In this document: positions 1-9,747 of the stretch, in pieces
How the letters are laid out: every line of letters begins with the position of its first letter
How positions within the stretch are numbered: position 1 is the stretch's first letter
Assembly: GCA_041736175.1 (NCBI GenBank)
Contig: JBGSUI010000148.1
Location: forward strand, 32,001-96,000
Direction: 5' to 3'
Source of the DNA: Oligoflexales bacterium
GTDB taxonomy: Bacteria > Bdellovibrionota_B > Oligoflexia > Oligoflexales > CAIYRB01
Length of the DNA stretch: 64,000 bases
Notes under the pieces: model-generated
Seen by the model: only the letters and a program-made list of their open reading frames with translations
What the model was told of the DNA's origin: nothing
Databases searched by the model: none
Translations under genes and position numbers: made by a program

Positions 1-339
1 GGTATAGGGGTAAAAACCGCAGGTCGACGAATCAGCCGCAATATCTTGGGAGCTGACCTGTGCTTGGGTGGAGGCATCGAAGCCTTGCTCAAAAGCGGCT
101 TGGACTTGCCCCTCGTGAGTGATAGCTTCGGTCGCCACACGCATCTGGGCAGACGTGGAATTTTCCCGTCCCTGGGAGTCGATCGCGACGCGGATCACCA
201 AGCCCGGTGATTCATCCAGCAACGAAGCAAAACCTTTGGCATCGGCACTGGTATCATCGGCGCCGTAGCCGATGCTCCCTAACGGTGCCATAAAAGTTAA
301 TAAACCCCAAATCCCTGTCGAAATCATACGCCTTTTCAT
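1..339 (-). CDS. Secreted hypothetical protein, partial (runs off the left edge)
   Basis: Not in the ORF track. ATG at 339 with AGGAG RBS; frame is open to base 1: MKRRMISTGIWGLLTFMAPLGSIGYGADD...DSSTCGFYPYT; signal-peptide-like N-terminus. Confidence 0.75.
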   Translation of the reverse strand, partial: MKRRMISTGIWGLLTFMAPLGSIGYGADDTSADAKGFASLLDESPGLVIRVAIDSQGRENSTSAQMRVATEAITHEGQVQAAFEQGFDASTQAQVSSQDIAADSSTCGFYPYT

Positions 340-374
340 GACTGACTCCTTTCCTAAAAATTTGGAAACAAAAC

Positions 375-1709
375 CTACTGCACATTAAAAACGAGACGAC
401 CCAAATCTTGGGTCTTGGACACTGTCTGAGCCACCCGGTTAGGCACACTCGAATCGATGCTCGAGAGTTCCTGAAGGTGGGAGGTCACATATTGGTGGAC
501 CCCAGCACTGCTTGAAAGAACCGAGCAAAGGTGGGGTGCGAGCTGTTGGGAGGCCGTGGCATAGTCCATGCCGCCGTTTCGAAATTGATTAAGAATGCTG
601 CAGAGCTGGACACTGCTGTTAGCCAGAGAACTCCCTTGGTCGTAGAGCTGCTGGTGGGGTCTGCCGGCCGCGATTTGCGCCCAGAAAGGGGCCTCACGGG
701 CTACACCACAGGCATCACTTTCCATTTGAAAAGTCTCTTTGGTCAGCACCTCCGCATGGATGGTGACTGATCCAGGAGGGCATGTGATCAGTGGGCTGTC
801 CGTCGGTGCTGGTGGCTGATTTGGTCTGGGTTGCTCGCCGTTGGGAGCGGGATTGGTGTTGCTCATATAAAAGGCCCCTTCAATCCAAGTTTGGGAGGAA
901 AGGCTCCCTTCCTGTGACAAGAGCTGCGCCGCAAGAGGTGCAAAGTTTTTGGCAGGGACGGCAACATTTGCGTACTCGCTGCTATAGGTATCTCGATACA
1001 CGGAGTCTCCTGCTCCGTTGCGAAATTCGCTCACGCTCATGGCGACGATTTCGTACCGATTGGCCTGGCTATTATACCAGAAAAGCGGCGCACCTGATAT
1101 CCCTGCTGCAGCATCACAATCATGAAGTAGCCTTCCTGCCCCATCCATGCTGACAAGACTGCAGGCTCCATGGTGGCTCAGCACCTCACCTTTAGCTTTG
1201 TCCGTGGAGAATCCACCGAGGGAAACGGTCACAGGGAGATTGGGCGTACGGGCGGTCTCTAAAACCGACATGGTTCCAAATCCTTCCACCGGGGTTGCGA
1301 GCCTTATCACGGCAAAATCCAAGGGGCGCTTGTCCTCGGGGGTATAGGTACCGATCCAAAAGTCGCGGATCCAAATCTTGTTGTTGTGATTGGCGCTGCT
1401 ATAGGCCGGACGGAAATAGGAGACTCCTGGGTTGAGGCGGCCAGATTTGTTGTTTACCAGGCAATGGGCGGCGGTCAGCACCAGCTGGGACGACAACAAA
1501 GTCCCCGAACATCCGTTGTCTAATCGACCAATCGCCGTAAAAGGAAAGTAGGGTTGGTCGATGGTCACCCGGTTGTCTTCGCCAAAAACATTGTCGACGG
1601 CGCTGTCCCCTGCTACCGGACCTAGGGGAGGTCGAGAGCATTGCAGGCTAAAACCCAAGGCCAATACGGCCATCGCAAAAAACCATTGTTTAGCTTCACG
1701 CAGCATCAA
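375..1709 (-). CDS. Secreted trypsin-like (S1/V8-type) serine protease with C-terminal extra domain
   Basis: CSGTLL..VLTAAHC, DFAVIRL, HDCD..GISGAP triad motifs; signal/lipobox-like N-terminus; Pro-rich linker. Confidence 0.85.
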   Translation of the reverse strand: MMLREAKQWFFAMAVLALGFSLQCSRPPLGPVAGDSAVDNVFGEDNRVTIDQPYFPFTAIGRLDNGCSGTLLSSQLVLTAAHCLVNNKSGRLNPGVSYFRPAYSSANHNNKIWIRDFWIGTYTPEDKRPLDFAVIRLATPVEGFGTMSVLETARTPNLPVTVSLGGFSTDKAKGEVLSHHGACSLVSMDGAGRLLHDCDAAAGISGAPLFWYNSQANRYEIVAMSVSEFRNGAGDSVYRDTYSSEYANVAVPAKNFAPLAAQLLSQEGSLSSQTWIEGAFYMSNTNPAPNGEQPRPNQPPAPTDSPLITCPPGSVTIHAEVLTKETFQMESDACGVAREAPFWAQIAAGRPHQQLYDQGSSLANSSVQLCSILNQFRNGGMDYATASQQLAPHLCSVLSSSAGVHQYVTSHLQELSSIDSSVPNRVAQTVSKTQDLGRLVFNVQ

Positions 1710-1851
1710 AGTTCTCCTTTTTTAAAGACCACCCCAGTTTTTTTCCTTAAGGCGAACCCCACATAAGATCTAACGCCGAGCGAAACAGTGAGATAGTCCT
1801 AAGTCTTGGACTACTCCGAGACAGCTAAAAAGACAAGTTTTTAAATAAACC

Positions 1852-3849
1852 TTAGTGTTTCGTTGAAAGAAGCGGGTACATCTCTAGGCGAACGATCTGG
1901 ACTTGCCCATTGGTGCCAAACACCTCAAGACCTCCACTTTGATGGTCGGGAAAGATAAGGTCGGTGATCACCACTCGTCCATCATTAACAAAGACCTCGA
2001 TCGATGACCAATCGACCAGGAGATGGATCCGCAGCTTGCCCTCGATGGGCGTGATAGGAGCTGAATGAACCGCAGAGAATTCCCTAGCAAAATCGATTTT
2101 TCCTGAATGGGTGCGATCCACAACGATGCGACCTTGGTTTCGGTCGTAAGAGATTGAAGTGAATTGGCCGTTGCCCTTTCGGACCTTAAAGCCAAAAGTC
2201 GTTGCTGATGATTTATGGACGTCAAAATCGGCAATCAATTCGACCTGGCGGTTGTTGTAACCAGACAAGATATTTTGTCCAGGGCGTAGGGTTTGCCCAC
2301 CCCAGATTTTGGCGTTCTCTTGGTCGCGAAGATTTTTAGTAGCAGGGACGGGGACCTGGAGGAGTTCATATCCCCCTTGGTTTTTGATCAGAGACATTTC
2401 GCGGGGTACGGTCATCGCGCCCCGCCAGCCTTGGGTGGGGACCTTGGGAGCGTATTGCCAATTGCTCATCCAAGCCAGAAAAGTTTTCTTTTCGGGGTTG
2501 CCTTTGGTTTCAAAAAAAGTCACACCAGCGTAGTTGTCGGCTCCATAGTCCAGCCAGCGGACTTTGGAAGGATTGGGATCGGCTTTAAAGGATCGACCAT
2601 CAAACTGACCCACGAAGTATTGGGTCCCTGAGCCTCCGGCGATACCTCCAGGATTGAGGCTTACAAACATCACCCAGCGTGTTTCATGGGTGCCTTTGAC
2701 TTTAAAGGGCACCAAGTCGGGGCATTCCCAAACGCCGCCATGGGCACCGAGTCCTTTGCCAAACGAACTTTCATGTTTCCAATCTTTCAAATCCGACGAG
2801 CTATAAATCATCAACTGATCATCTGCGGCAAGGACCATGACCCACTTACCGGTTGCGTCGTGCCAAAAAACCTTAGGATCCCTAAAGGCTTTGAGACCAG
2901 GGTTAACGATCACGGGATTGGCTTGGTATTTAACCCAGGTTTCGCCCAAGTCGTTGCTATAGGCAAGGCTCTGGTGTTGGATATCGTCCGACGTGTTATG
3001 GGAAAAGATAGCCACGATGGGAGGGTGGGGCCCTGATTTAAGGCCGCTGGTGTTGGCCAAGTCGACTACGACGCTGCCCGAGTAGATCTGACCTATGGCA
3101 TCGGGTTTGAGGGCGATGGGTTTTTCTTGCCAATTGATCAAATCTGGGCTCACGGCGTGGCCCCAATGCATTGGTCCCCATACAGTGCCCTGAGGGTAAT
3201 ACTGATAAAAAAGGTGGTAGGTCCCGTTATAGTAAAACATCCCGTTGGGATCGTTCATCCAATGGGCTTTAGGGCTAAAATGAAACTGAGGCCGGTAGGG
3301 TTCATGAAAGGAATTTGCCGCAGAATCTTCGGGAAGCAAAGACCCTAGGACTATGTTCTTACTCCCGACCTCGGCAAGCTGTGGAGCGGTCTTTGAGTAT
3401 TCATAGGTCTCATCTAAAAACCGGCTGATGGCCAGCTCGTCTTTCATACGAAACACTTCGGCACATAGCTCCTGGGCGCAATAACTCGTGGGAAAGGTGA
3501 TCACTTCACTAAACACCCGTTGGATTTGTCCCCGTGGGACCCCTTGATACCTTAAAACCTGTGCCACCGTAAAATCTTGGAGTTGGCGTTTTGGAGCCGT
3601 TGTCGTCTTTTGGACCGAAGTCGACTGGCAAAAACCCAAAAATGATTTTTTCATGGCTGCCAAGATCTCTTTAGAGCGAGCAGGAGGTTTGATCCCCTGC
3701 AGACCCGCTAGACCTGACGATTGGTCGGAAGGGCCCTTGGGGTTGAGTCCTCCGAGCAGACGATTGCATCCAAGGCCTCCGACCAGGGTCAGAATCCCCA
3801 GGACGGCGACAGGAACACTCCAAAATTTAGCGATTTTGATCTTTTGCAT
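1852..3849 (-). CDS. GH32 levanase / fructan beta-fructosidase, lipoprotein with N-terminal extension
   Basis: WMNDPNG, FRDPKV and WECPD motifs; C-terminal D.SSIEVF beta-sandwich; start 3849 chosen from GGAG RBS and upstream promoter. Confidence 0.92.
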   Translation of the reverse strand: MQKIKIAKFWSVPVAVLGILTLVGGLGCNRLLGGLNPKGPSDQSSGLAGLQGIKPPARSKEILAAMKKSFLGFCQSTSVQKTTTAPKRQLQDFTVAQVLRYQGVPRGQIQRVFSEVITFPTSYCAQELCAEVFRMKDELAISRFLDETYEYSKTAPQLAEVGSKNIVLGSLLPEDSAANSFHEPYRPQFHFSPKAHWMNDPNGMFYYNGTYHLFYQYYPQGTVWGPMHWGHAVSPDLINWQEKPIALKPDAIGQIYSGSVVVDLANTSGLKSGPHPPIVAIFSHNTSDDIQHQSLAYSNDLGETWVKYQANPVIVNPGLKAFRDPKVFWHDATGKWVMVLAADDQLMIYSSSDLKDWKHESSFGKGLGAHGGVWECPDLVPFKVKGTHETRWVMFVSLNPGGIAGGSGTQYFVGQFDGRSFKADPNPSKVRWLDYGADNYAGVTFFETKGNPEKKTFLAWMSNWQYAPKVPTQGWRGAMTVPREMSLIKNQGGYELLQVPVPATKNLRDQENAKIWGGQTLRPGQNILSGYNNRQVELIADFDVHKSSATTFGFKVRKGNGQFTSISYDRNQGRIVVDRTHSGKIDFAREFSAVHSAPITPIEGKLRIHLLVDWSSIEVFVNDGRVVITDLIFPDHQSGGLEVFGTNGQVQIVRLEMYPLLSTKH

Positions 3850-3903
3850 ATTTATTGGCTTCTCCGGCAAGGATTCGGTTACTTGTGATCGGACCAATCT
3901 CTT

Positions 3904-3919
3904 TGCAAAGTTTATGCCC
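3904..3919 (-). promoter_or_regulatory. Sigma-54 (-24/-12) promoter for the GH32 gene
   Basis: Minus strand GGGCATAAACTTTGCA = GG-N10-GC with TTGC. Confidence 0.55.
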
Positions 3920-4010
3920 GATGTTTGATCTGGATTTGTCCAATGATTTTGTGTTTAGGAGTGGGCGTTTTTTGCCGATCTGCGTAGAAACGCTATACAG
4001 ATGAGATGGT

Positions 4011-5471
4011 ATGGGAAATCAAAATGCCAAAATCCACATAATCCTAGCAACAGTTACTCTGATGGGTTGGGGGCTCGCTTTTGGTCCCCAGGTAGACGGC
4101 TCTGGGACGACTCCCCCCAAGTCCTCCAACTCCCACGATACGGACCTGTTGGAGGGGCTTTGGAAGAGCGGCGCTGAGATGGCAGGGGTCTATTCCCGCA
4201 ATGAGACGGACTTTGAAGGTGGAAATATCGGCGCTATCAAACGGCTCGGGCCCTATGATTTTAGCATCCAACTCCGCAGCGATAATGACGATGCGCTTCC
4301 GGAGTTTTGGCGACGCTGGTGGTCGCTGGTCCTAGATGTACCGACGGATCGCCCTGTGACGCTGACCATTACGGGGGCTGGGCAATGGGCATACTACCTC
4401 CCTTTGTTTTCCTACGAGGGGTCTGACAGAAATCTCAGGGATGATGCTTGGGAGCATTTGCCCGAAAGTGCTGTGGACCAACCGGATCCTTTGACGCTCA
4501 GGATCCGTTACCAATTTCGCAAGTCCCCAGTGGCCATTGCCCGTTTTGTGCCCTATACCTTGACACGGATGCTGATGTTTCTCAAGAAAATCTCCCACCA
4601 CGAGGCTGTGTCGCTCCATGTGGCTGGGTTCTCTCCTGAAGGTCGACCTATGCCCGTGATCAGAGTGGGGCAGGGGAAGTTAATAAACAAAAAAATATTT
4701 ATCCATAGCCGGACCCATCCCGGTGAGATCGGAAGCTCTTTTTTACTAGAGGGATTTCTCCTCAAACTGCTCGGTCCAGGGGCAGAGATGCGGCGAATAA
4801 GGGAGGATGTCACCTTTGATATCATGCCTATCCTCAATGTGGATGGTGTTTACCATGGCAACAATCGAGTGACTCCCAGCGGCATCAACCTCGAAGGTAA
4901 GTGGTATCCCATTAAGTCCGCTCCTTCCGGGTCTCGATCTCTGGATCCTGCGAAAACTCCCCGGGAGGTGATGGTCTGGCACCGCTGGATTCTGAACAGT
5001 CTTAAGGATGGAGGCCTTCCCGTCATCGCCCTTAACCTCCACTCGTCGAGTGTCGAGCCCCATGAAGGGCTTTTCTCGTTTCCTCATTTTGGTCCCCGCG
5101 AGGCTGGCTATAGCCCAAAGGAGGCCCGGCTTTATGAAAATCAGGTCAAGTTTATGGAATTTTTTCAAAAATCTATGAAAAACAAAAGGTGGTTTTTACC
5201 GATCCCTAAAGACGGCTTCCGGTTTTTTACAGCTAAAAACCTCCCCGAGACATGGTGGTGGACCCACTTTGGAGACCAGGTCATGGCCCTTACCATCGAA
5301 TCCACCTACGGGAAGATCCCTTCCGGTGGGAGATGGATGCGGCCTGAGGATCTGCGGGGACTAGGATCTGCCATGGCCCAGGGCATTGCCCAGTTTATCC
5401 AGACGCTACCGTCTCAGCCTGGCGTTGCGGGTAACCAATCGATAGGGGCTTTGCCCATAGAGACAAGATAG
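4011..5471 (+). CDS. M14 zinc carboxypeptidase (CCP/Nna1-like) with signal peptide
   Basis: FEGGN N-domain, [22 protein letters not shown] Zn ligand. Confidence 0.85.
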   Translation: MGNQNAKIHIILATVTLMGWGLAFGPQVDGSGTTPPKSSNSHDTDLLEGLWKSGAEMAGVYSRNETDFEGGNIGAIKRLGPYDFSIQLRSDNDDALPEFWRRWWSLVLDVPTDRPVTLTITGAGQWAYYLPLFSYEGSDRNLRDDAWEHLPESAVDQPDPLTLRIRYQFRKSPVAIARFVPYTLTRMLMFLKKISHHEAVSLHVAGFSPEGRPMPVIRVGQGKLINKKIFIHSRTHPGEIGSSFLLEGFLLKLLGPGAEMRRIREDVTFDIMPILNVDGVYHGNNRVTPSGINLEGKWYPIKSAPSGSRSLDPAKTPREVMVWHRWILNSLKDGGLPVIALNLHSSSVEPHEGLFSFPHFGPREAGYSPKEARLYENQVKFMEFFQKSMKNKRWFLPIPKDGFRFFTAKNLPETWWWTHFGDQVMALTIESTYGKIPSGGRWMRPEDLRGLGSAMAQGIAQFIQTLPSQPGVAGNQSIGALPIETR

Positions 5472-6094
5472 GCATTGGTTTTAGAAAAAGGCCGGCTTCC
5501 GAAAAATCCCCGGTGGGCTGCAAGAGGCGATGGATGCACGGAAGTGAGCACACAGTGTTTCGTTACGTCGATCAGGGGGATTTTTTTTTGGGCGTAAGCT
5601 CCCCAAAGGATAAAAACCACATGGTCTAGATGTTCGCTGATCTTTTGGATCACGCCATCGGTAAAGGTTTGCCACCCTTTCCCTTGATGGGATCCCGGCT
5701 CCCCTGGAGCGACGCTGAGTACGGTATTAAGCAGAAGAACCCCCTGTTCGGCCCATGGGGTGAGGTCACCTGAGGTCGGGGTGTGGGGGGAACCGAGGTC
5801 TTGAATGAGTTCTTTAAAAATATTTCGCAAGGAAGGCGGTAGAGCCACTTGATCAGGTACGGAAAAAGCCAGTCCATGGGCTTGACCAGGTCCATGGTAT
5901 GGGTCTTGTCCCAATAGGACCACTTTGACCTGAGTCGGGGGAGTTTTGTGAAAGGCAAGGAAGATCTCGGTTAGTGCAGGGTAAAAGTCTGATTCTAAGA
6001 GATCTCTGAGGGGAGGCTCTAAGAGTCCGAGGACTTGAGACCCTAGTAGGGCTTTCCAAGATTCGGGGAATTCCGGCGTTTGCAGCAGTGGCAT
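5414..6094 (-). CDS. ung: Uracil-DNA glycosylase (family 1)
   Basis: GQDPYH, GLAFS, LLLN, HPSPL motifs. Confidence 0.97.
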   Translation of the reverse strand: MPLLQTPEFPESWKALLGSQVLGLLEPPLRDLLESDFYPALTEIFLAFHKTPPTQVKVVLLGQDPYHGPGQAHGLAFSVPDQVALPPSLRNIFKELIQDLGSPHTPTSGDLTPWAEQGVLLLNTVLSVAPGEPGSHQGKGWQTFTDGVIQKISEHLDHVVFILWGAYAQKKIPLIDVTKHCVLTSVHPSPLAAHRGFFGSRPFSKTNAYLVSMGKAPIDWLPATPG

Positions 6095-6211
6095 CTCACA
6101 GTCTCCTCTTGGGTTTCTGGGGGGAGGCCATAGTTTAGGTCTTGAATCCCCATGTTTTTATGATAGAGTCGGGGATTAACGGTCAAGAAGTTTTAGTGTC
6201 TGAGTCAGGAA

Positions 6212-6228
6212 TTTAGGATCATCCTAAA
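6212..6228. promoter_or_regulatory. Perfect palindrome upstream of fabH (candidate operator)
   Basis: TTTAGGAT-C-ATCCTAAA about 50 bp before the fabH start. Confidence 0.4.
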
Positions 6229-6277
6229 GTTTCTAGATAGATTGAAATCAACATTGATCCTATAAGGAGTCAACACT

Positions 6278-7288
6278 TTGACGACCCCCTGCCGCGCGAG
6301 AGTCTTAGGGACGGGCCTCTACGTGCCCCCTGATATCTACACCAATGATGACCTGGCAAAGCTGATGGATACTTCCGACGAATGGATCCAACAACGGACC
6401 GGAATTAAAGAGCGCCGTTTTGCTAAGGACGGAATCGGGGTCTCTGATCTAGCTTACGAAGCTTCCCTACAAGCTCTCGATATGGCAGGACTCAAACCAC
6501 ACGAACTCGACCTGATCATCTTTGCGACGTTGTCTCCAGACTATTATTTTCCGGGTCCAGGAGTTTTCCTCCAAGATCGCCTTAAGTGCGGCAATATCCC
6601 AGCTTTAGACATTAGAAATCAGTGTTCTGGGTTTGTTTATGGGCTGTCCGTAGCCCAAGCCTATATCGAAACCGGTCGTTACCGACGGGTTCTGCTGGTG
6701 GGCTCTGAGACCCATTCGCGAGCCCTAAACATGACCACCGAAGGTCGGGATATGGCAGTATTGTTTGGAGATGGGGCAGGAGCCGTCATCCTAGGCCCTT
6801 GTGCCAGTCCTGAGTCGGGGCTTATCAGCGTGCAAATCCACGCGGATGGTTCCCACCGAGATCACTTGAAAATCGAATATCCCAGTGCCAGACGCTGGCC
6901 TTATCTGACGGCAGAGCATGTGGCCCAAGGGCTGCATTTTCCGTCTATGGACGGAAAACATGTGTTTAAACATGCCGTCACCCGCCTCTCCGAGGTGGTC
7001 ATAGACAACCTCACCCGTAACCATCTCACCCCCGACGATATCAACCTCTATCTGTTTCACCAGGCTAACCTCAGGATCAACGAAGCGGTGATGAAACAGC
7101 TCAACCAGCCCATGGACCGGGCCTACAACAATATTATGAACTACGGAAACTGTTCTGCAGCTTCCATCCCCATGCTCCTCGATGAGAGCGTTCGCAGTGG
7201 ACGGCTAAAGCCAGGGGACCTGGTGATGATGGCCGCCTTTGGCGCTGGGTTTACCTGGGGGAGTGCCCTGCTCAGGTGGTGTGAGTAA
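6278..7288 (+). CDS. fabH: 3-oxoacyl-ACP synthase III
   Basis: RTGIKERR, QCSGF (Cys), FGDGAGA, HQAN (His), GNCSAAS (Asn), GAGFTWG. Confidence 0.95.
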   Translation: MTTPCRARVLGTGLYVPPDIYTNDDLAKLMDTSDEWIQQRTGIKERRFAKDGIGVSDLAYEASLQALDMAGLKPHELDLIIFATLSPDYYFPGPGVFLQDRLKCGNIPALDIRNQCSGFVYGLSVAQAYIETGRYRRVLLVGSETHSRALNMTTEGRDMAVLFGDGAGAVILGPCASPESGLISVQIHADGSHRDHLKIEYPSARRWPYLTAEHVAQGLHFPSMDGKHVFKHAVTRLSEVVIDNLTRNHLTPDDINLYLFHQANLRINEAVMKQLNQPMDRAYNNIMNYGNCSAASIPMLLDESVRSGRLKPGDLVMMAAFGAGFTWGSALLRWCE

Positions 7289-7374
7289 GATCATCCCTTG
7301 AGCTTCATGGGATGGCGGTGGTACCATGGGAGAGTTCTTACTAAATTGTTTTTAGGTCGCTGAGGGGAATCATC

Positions 7375-8085
7375 GTGGGTGATAGCACGGCGCGTATTTT
7401 GGAGCCAGCAGTAAATAATCTAGAACAGCTTGATCACCGTTATCTTGCGGTACTCAAGGAGCTTGTCACCGACGCGATCCAGGGAGCCTCCCAATGCACG
7501 GAGTCTATTTTTAAGCTGTCCTCGGCCTATGTCCAGAGGGACGCCTTTGATACCCTCAAAAAATTCTATGACCTCTACTTTTCAAAGTCTGTCGGACTCG
7601 AACAAAAAAAACAAGAAATCAACGATAATGTCGACACTCTCTTCGAAGCTGCTGTGGCAGGGCTGGCCGAGGGCCTTGATATCGAAAAAGAAGGTGTGCT
7701 GACCGAAGACGAAGCGACTAAACAGGAGCGACTGGCCACGGCGGCCCTCCAAAAAGAGTTAGAGGGTCTGATCGTTCTTGACCAAGGAATCCGCGGCGAA
7801 ATCCTCCCCGCCCTTAGCTCCATGCAGTTTGAGGATGCCACGCGCCAAAGGATGGACCATGTGGTCAAAGGTTGGGAACAACTGATCCCCTTGGCCTTTA
7901 CCAGCCAGGGGGGTGAAGTTCCACAGGAAGCTCCACGAGAAATCCTCGATGCAGCCATGCGCACCTTGGCTAAGGTGACATCATCCATTAAGGAAACTGA
8001 GGATTTTTACAATCTGGTGTTACAGGAACCTGTTCCCGACGAGGTCAAGCAGGGCAACGACGGTGGTTCGGTGTTACTTTTTTAA
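7375..8085 (+). CDS. Helical protein with CheZ-like phosphatase motif
   Basis: SSMQFEDATRQRMDHV (DxxxQ); C-terminal acidic/hydrophobic tail ending LLF. Confidence 0.5.
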   Translation: MGDSTARILEPAVNNLEQLDHRYLAVLKELVTDAIQGASQCTESIFKLSSAYVQRDAFDTLKKFYDLYFSKSVGLEQKKQEINDNVDTLFEAAVAGLAEGLDIEKEGVLTEDEATKQERLATAALQKELEGLIVLDQGIRGEILPALSSMQFEDATRQRMDHVVKGWEQLIPLAFTSQGGEVPQEAPREILDAAMRTLAKVTSSIKETEDFYNLVLQEPVPDEVKQGNDGGSVLLF

Positions 8086-8103
8086 AACCCATGGGGAGCC
8101 TAG

Positions 8104-8682
8104 GTGATGACGCAACCATTATCCCATCAAGAACTCTTAGAGCGGTTTCAGTCCTTTAGTCATGCCTCTCTCCAATGGTGTATCGCTGAGTCGGAAGCAT
8201 CTACGAGCGCGGTGTCCAGCGCTATCGACCAGCTTATGGCTAAAGCCGAAAGGGTTTCTAAGATATCTGCCGCGGGGCTTGTGGCATTAAAGGCCGCCAA
8301 AAGAACCCTCGACCAACATAAAGGCCCCGCAAAATACAATCCTGTTGCCATCAATAGTCTGATCAAATCCCTGCAGGGACTCTCCCGCGAGCACGAAGAG
8401 GTTCGCGGAATCATCAACCCCATCATCGAAAACCTCCAGTACCAAGATCGCTTAAGGCAGAGATTAGAAAATATCTCTAAAATGACCCACTACTGGACGA
8501 CGTTTCGCAAACCAGTGGCCGCTGGTGGGGGGGCGGGTGGCCCCGTCGAGTGTGATTTTTTGGGGTTTGCCCAAGGTCTGGCTAAGTTAACCACTTCGGT
8601 CGAAGAGCGGGATATCCTGCGCCGGCATTTTAAGGAGCTTCCCACTGAAACCAGGGTCGAAGACTCGGTCACCCTATTTTAA
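8104..8682 (+). CDS. Helical protein with CheZ-like phosphatase motif (paralog)
   Basis: ESEASTSAV...; NLQYQDRLRQRLENI; tail EDSVTLF. Confidence 0.5.
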   Translation: MMTQPLSHQELLERFQSFSHASLQWCIAESEASTSAVSSAIDQLMAKAERVSKISAAGLVALKAAKRTLDQHKGPAKYNPVAINSLIKSLQGLSREHEEVRGIINPIIENLQYQDRLRQRLENISKMTHYWTTFRKPVAAGGGAGGPVECDFLGFAQGLAKLTTSVEERDILRRHFKELPTETRVEDSVTLF

Positions 8683-8746
8683 TCTTGTTTACGGAGTCGC
8701 TTGTGTAAAAGGCCACGAATGGAGGTGCGCCATAAAACCAAAGGAG

Positions 8747-9730
8747 TTGATGTTAAGACAAACCATGTTTAGGTTTGCCTTGATGATCATGACGGGCCTG
8801 GGTCCTATGATCCCTTTCTGGACTGATACCTGCCTTGGGCAGACGGTTTCCCAACCAGAAGTTGGGGTTAAGCCCCCTGAGGGGCCGATCATCAGTCCAG
8901 CCCAGGCCGTGATCCTGGGACTTGTGGAAGGGATCACCGAGTTTTTACCGATTTCTTCGACCGGTCACTTGATCCTTGCGGATGATCTCATGGGACTACG
9001 GGATACCACGCGGCTCACCCCTGAGCAGTACGAGGCCACCCAAGCCTTCGAGATCGTGATCCAGTCAGGAGCGATCCTGGCGGTGATCGTTATCTTTGGG
9101 GCAAAGTTGTGGCAGATGCTTTTGGGGCTCTTTGGACGCTCCCCCGAGGGGCGCAAGATGTTGATCAATGTGATGGCGGCCTTTGTCCCGACAGCGGTCA
9201 TAGGTCTTATCCTTCATAAACTCATTAAGACTTACCTACAGTCTACGGGACCCGTGATTTTTGCCCTTGCCGCAGGTGGCGTGGCCATGATCTTTGTGGA
9301 CCGCACCCCCTGGGGAAAGCGGGCCAGGGAGGCGGGTTTAGGGGTCGACTCTCTGACCATCAAAGGTGCAATGATCATCGGTCTTTTCCAGTGCGTCGCC
9401 ATGTGGCCTGGGACCAGCCGCTCGATGATGACGATCATTGGTGGAATGGCGATGGGACTCCATCCGGCAGCCGCAGCTGAGTTTTCCTTTGTGCTCGGTC
9501 TGCCAACACTTCTAGCCGCGACGGCTCTTAAGGTCCTAAAAGAGGGCCCACTGTTGATCAAACATATCGGGATCACAACCATGGCCACGGGGCTATTGGT
9601 GGCCGCTCTTTCGGCGTTTTTTGCAGTGAAAGGCTTTGTGGCGTTTCTAAATCGCAAGGGACTTGCAGTGTTTGGCTGGTATCGGTTAGTCCTAGCCCTG
9701 GTGGTTTGGTGGACGATGGGCGGGTCGTAA
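8747..9730 (+). CDS. uppP: Undecaprenyl-diphosphate phosphatase
   Basis: GLVEGITEFLPISSTGH, PGTSRS, AEFSF, FGWYR. Confidence 0.95.
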   Translation: MMLRQTMFRFALMIMTGLGPMIPFWTDTCLGQTVSQPEVGVKPPEGPIISPAQAVILGLVEGITEFLPISSTGHLILADDLMGLRDTTRLTPEQYEATQAFEIVIQSGAILAVIVIFGAKLWQMLLGLFGRSPEGRKMLINVMAAFVPTAVIGLILHKLIKTYLQSTGPVIFALAAGGVAMIFVDRTPWGKRAREAGLGVDSLTIKGAMIIGLFQCVAMWPGTSRSMMTIIGGMAMGLHPAAAAEFSFVLGLPTLLAATALKVLKEGPLLIKHIGITTMATGLLVAALSAFFAVKGFVAFLNRKGLAVFGWYRLVLALVVWWTMGGS

Positions 9731-9747
9731 AATTTAAAGGTCATTTC

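Noticed and set aside
8747..8890. N-terminal extension on UppP
   Set aside because: Start codon is uncertain, so a real extra signal segment cannot be told from a mis-called start
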